From: a virus
Length of the DNA: 64,000 nucleotides
Strand: one strand, 5' to 3'
Virus record (IMG/VR): IMGVR_UViG_3300032038_000077
Coordinates: 708 to 64,707 of that record
Below the pieces are notes generated by a model that was not told where the DNA came from, did no database searches, and saw only the letters and a program-made list of their open reading frames with translations. Numbering within the stretch: the first letter of the stretch is position 1; each line of letters opens with the position of its first letter. Shown piece by piece: positions 60,885 to 64,000 of this stretch. The position numbers and the translations under genes are program-made.

Positions 60885-63800
60885 ATGGGTAGTCATCATG
60901 GTAAATCTCGTGGCAAGCTGATTGGTTCAATCCTTGTCGGCGTTGCATCGGCATTTATTCCGGGCGCGTTTGGTGTTGCAGGACACGCATTTAACTTTGG
61001 GCGATTCATGCTTGGCGCATCGCTCTTTAGTAGCGTATGGTCGGCAACACATCGGGCGAAGCAGACAGGCAACCTATCCATTAACCGATTCGATAGGGCG
61101 CAGGAAACGGCAAGCGGACAAGGCGATCTTCCGGTAGTCTATGGCGAGCGAATGATTTCCGGTAATCAAACCTTCCACGAAACGGATGCGGATGCGCAAA
61201 CATTACATAAACACGTCGTTCTTTGTGAGGGCGGTATTCAAGGACTTGTGTCTGTTACCGCAGGTGATCTTCTTATACCGACGAATAACGAAACGCAAGG
61301 CACGGTATTTACGGTACAAAACCTAAAGTATTCCGATGCAACGTTTCGGATTAAAGATAAGCATATCTACATCCACGCAAATGGTAAAGACCGTTCGTTC
61401 TATCTGTGTAACGAAAAAGATACAAGCGGTTCTTACTATAGCTATCAGGTTACGGTCAGTAGCCTAATCACTTATATCAATAGTTTAGGCGAAGGATGGC
61501 AGGCATTTCCAACGGCAACCACTTCTAAGTATCCGGGTGACTGTTGGACGGAAGCGCAGGCCAATTCAAATGTATCAACGTACACGGAAGTTGTTAAGCC
61601 GAAAGATGCACCTCATGGTGTTAAGAAAGGAACTACATGGACGGACGATGCGTTCTTTTATGAGATTATTGATTCGTATTTCGTGCCACTCCAAAAAGAT
61701 GACCTGTATTTTCGGTTAACTATTAAGAAAAGCTCGCTTGCGCGTGGCGAATGGGCGTGTTATAAAGACCCGATCAAAGTCAAATGCGACACGGTAAAAG
61801 GCGGCACGAAATATTATTTCCATGATTGTGAGACACCGGGAAACTACGAGAAGGTTGGCGGTTATCCGATGATGGCGTGGCTTGACCTCACCTTTACTAC
61901 GGCAAGTGACTTTGCAGGAAACCCGTCAATTTCTTGTGTTGTTAAGGGACGCAAGGTATACGACATCCGCACTGGCCTCACGGAATATTCCACGAATCCG
62001 GCGATGTGCCTTAGAGACTTTATCTTGTCTGAGCGTTATGGTTGCGGATTGTGGTTCGATGCGGAAGACCTTGATGAAGACTCATGGGCAGAGGCCGCCG
62101 ACTATTGCGATGAAACGATCACCTTCCTTAATGGTGACGGCGCATTGGTTCAAGCGAAACGCTATGAGTTAAACATTGTCATTGATACAAAGCGTACCGC
62201 GCTTGAATGGGTGCAGGAAATTCTTGCTAACTTCTGCGGATACCTTGTTTACTCTGACGGCAAACTCAAACTCAAAATCGAAAAGCAGGAACCAATATCC
62301 TACAAGTTTAACGACGGCAATTGTTTCGACCTGTCTATTGAACCGCTCAAATTGTCCGAGACGCCGAACCGTTATGAAGTATCCCTTATTGACCCGCGTA
62401 ACAATTGGGCGGCTATTAAAGCACTCTGTGAAGATTTTGCCGATCAGAAATTACGTCAGCGCATCGTAACAAAGACGGTTAATCTGGAAGGTGTAACGTC
62501 GCAGAATCAGGCACTTAGACTTGCAAGATTCTATCGTGACTATAACCTTGTGTGTCCGTTGCAGATGTCGTTTAAAACCGGTATGCAAGGAATGAATCTT
62601 GAACCGGGCGATGTTGTTACGATCACGTATCATGGCGTATTCACGGATATGCCGATTCGCATTGCTGAAATCAAGGAAACGGAAAACGGTACATACGAAA
62701 TCAGCGGGCGTCAGTACAATGATACAATCTATGGCGATGCTCTTGGCGGTGGTATCCATTGGTATAATTATTCGACAAAGAAAGATTTGCCAACACCTTC
62801 CGAATATGCGGCTAGTTTCAAGCCGGACATCCCGACAAATGTAAAAGCGGAAACGCGTTATCGTCAGTATGCAGACGGCAGTGTTGGGTACGAGCTTGTT
62901 GTTACTTACGACCTTCCGCAACGATTTGATACAGAAACCGGTCTTGTTTATTACAAACACAATAACGAGATTGGTGAACAGATTGTCTTTGTTGAGGGTA
63001 TGCCCGCCGACGAAGCAGGATATTCAAGCGAGTGGAAGTACGCCGGTGATTCGCCAACGCAGTGCATCATCCCGGATGTTAAGCTAGGCGATATTTATAA
63101 GATTAAGGTACTAACGCGCAATACCGCAGGCAAGACTTCTAATGAAAGTAAAATCCTTACTGTTAAGATAAATCCGAAAGCAACCGTTCCCGCAATGCCA
63201 ACCGATCTCACTTACGACTTTTCCGAGTCGTTCAAATTCATGTGGCGTGATGTTGAAAGCACGGACGCTATCTATTATGAGGTGGTACAAAATAACAAGA
63301 CGATTGCGAAGGTAACAGGTTTGTCTGCCGTGGTAAAACTTACTAAGCGCAAGGGGACAGTTAAGGTATATGCGGTCAACACATTGGGCAAACGTAGTCA
63401 TCCTGCAACGATTGATTACAATGTCCCGAAACCGGATGCGCCTGTTCTTAGATTTCAGGAAGTTCCTGTTGGGTGTAAAGTAATTGCCAACGATTTTCCC
63501 TCTACGGTTCATCAAATGAAGCTAAAGATCGCGGGGAACACACAGACAATTACCACGAGTAATTATATTTATCAAGGCAAGGCAGGTATTTTTGATGTGT
63601 CTGCTTGCTATGTAGATTTGTTCGGTGATGGTAACTGGTCGCCAATATATCAAATGACCGTCAAACCAACACTTGACCCGTCCTATATAGCGGAAGAAAC
63701 GATCACTCTCAATATGGTAGATAAGACGCTTAAAGAAGCGGTTGCGGATGCGCAAGAAGCAATCCCACGTCTTGACGGCATCGACACCACGCTTGACGGC

Positions 63801-64000
63801 ATCGACACCACGATTACAGGGCTGAAACAGACCGACACGGAACTGTCAAATACCATTGTTGAGAACAAAAAAGCGCAGGACGGGCAGAACAGCACGTTTG
63901 CCTCGCAGATAAAGCAGAACGCAAATAATGTGACATCCATCGTGGAAAACCTCAACAATGAAGACCCGTCCTCATCGGCCTACAAGTCAATCACGAAGCT
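60885..64000 (+). CDS. Host-specificity / central tail tip protein (gpJ-like), runs off the window
   Basis: MGSHHGK...LPVVYGER...HVVLCEGGI...VKGRKVYD...NPAMCLRD; absent from the ORF track because it has no stop in the window. Confidence 0.88.
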   Translation, partial: MGSHHGKSRGKLIGSILVGVASAFIPGAFGVAGHAFNFGRFMLGASLFSSVWSATHRAKQTGNLSINRFDRAQETASGQGDLPVVYGERMISGNQTFHETDADAQTLHKHVVLCEGGIQGLVSVTAGDLLIPTNNETQGTVFTVQNLKYSDATFRIKDKHIYIHANGKDRSFYLCNEKDTSGSYYSYQVTVSSLITYINSLGEGWQAFPTATTSKYPGDCWTEAQANSNVSTYTEVVKPKDAPHGVKKGTTWTDDAFFYEIIDSYFVPLQKDDLYFRLTIKKSSLARGEWACYKDPIKVKCDTVKGGTKYYFHDCETPGNYEKVGGYPMMAWLDLTFTTASDFAGNPSISCVVKGRKVYDIRTGLTEYSTNPAMCLRDFILSERYGCGLWFDAEDLDEDSWAEAADYCDETITFLNGDGALVQAKRYELNIVIDTKRTALEWVQEILANFCGYLVYSDGKLKLKIEKQEPISYKFNDGNCFDLSIEPLKLSETPNRYEVSLIDPRNNWAAIKALCEDFADQKLRQRIVTKTVNLEGVTSQNQALRLARFYRDYNLVCPLQMSFKTGMQGMNLEPGDVVTITYHGVFTDMPIRIAEIKETENGTYEISGRQYNDTIYGDALGGGIHWYNYSTKKDLPTPSEYAASFKPDIPTNVKAETRYRQYADGSVGYELVVTYDLPQRFDTETGLVYYKHNNEIGEQIVFVEGMPADEAGYSSEWKYAGDSPTQCIIPDVKLGDIYKIKVLTRNTAGKTSNESKILTVKINPKATVPAMPTDLTYDFSESFKFMWRDVESTDAIYYEVVQNNKTIAKVTGLSAVVKLTKRKGTVKVYAVNTLGKRSHPATIDYNVPKPDAPVLRFQEVPVGCKVIANDFPSTVHQMKLKIAGNTQTITTSNYIYQGKAGIFDVSACYVDLFGDGNWSPIYQMTVKPTLDPSYIAEETITLNMVDKTLKEAVADAQEAIPRLDGIDTTLDGIDTTITGLKQTDTELSNTIVENKKAQDGQNSTFASQIKQNANNVTSIVENLNNEDPSSSAYKSITK
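63771..63812 (+). repeat. Perfect 21-bp tandem duplication
   Basis: CTTGACGGCATCGACACCACG x2 (LDGIDTT x2). Confidence 0.9.

Noticed and set aside
1-64000. CRISPR array, tRNA or rRNA genes
   Set aside because: No regularly spaced repeat-spacer series and no cloverleaf/T-loop signatures seen by eye
1193-64000. Intact active DGR (template repeat, avd, full RT)
   Set aside because: No second copy of the VR and no RT ORF found in the window; only the C-terminal stump is present

Overview
The window is most of a temperate long-tailed (siphovirus-like) phage genome, with both ends falling inside the tail module. An apparently intact attP suggests an excised or virion-derived form. The Firmicutes-type int/immA/cI/cro and RecT/RepA_N/DnaB modules combined with a lambda-like K/M/L/J tail tip suggest a diderm Firmicute (Negativicutes) host, which is an inference. 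Gene order: tail fibre with a DGR-type variable C-terminus followed by a DGR reverse-transcriptase stump; lysis; a three-unit small-RNA cassette; attP/integrase/immunity; replication and middle genes (with an IS3-family insertion and a captured DNA methyltransferase); ssb and late activator; a leftward operon of about 7.4 kb (second tyrosine recombinase, DUF2786, RadC/JAB, J-domain, acidic proteins) behind an about 1.15 kb ORF-free, hairpin-dense leader; tandem RHH regulators; a multi-hairpin sRNA; a T4-Dam-like MTase; and head and tail genes. The most unusual signals are (i) an extensive non-coding RNA layer of many consensus promoter-hairpin-terminator units, some with anti-Shine-Dalgarno loops matching the phage's own RBSs, (ii) a DGR apparently deleted at a short microhomology, and (iii) near-total GGATC avoidance outside the IS. 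All calls were made by eye; no database searches or folding programs were run.
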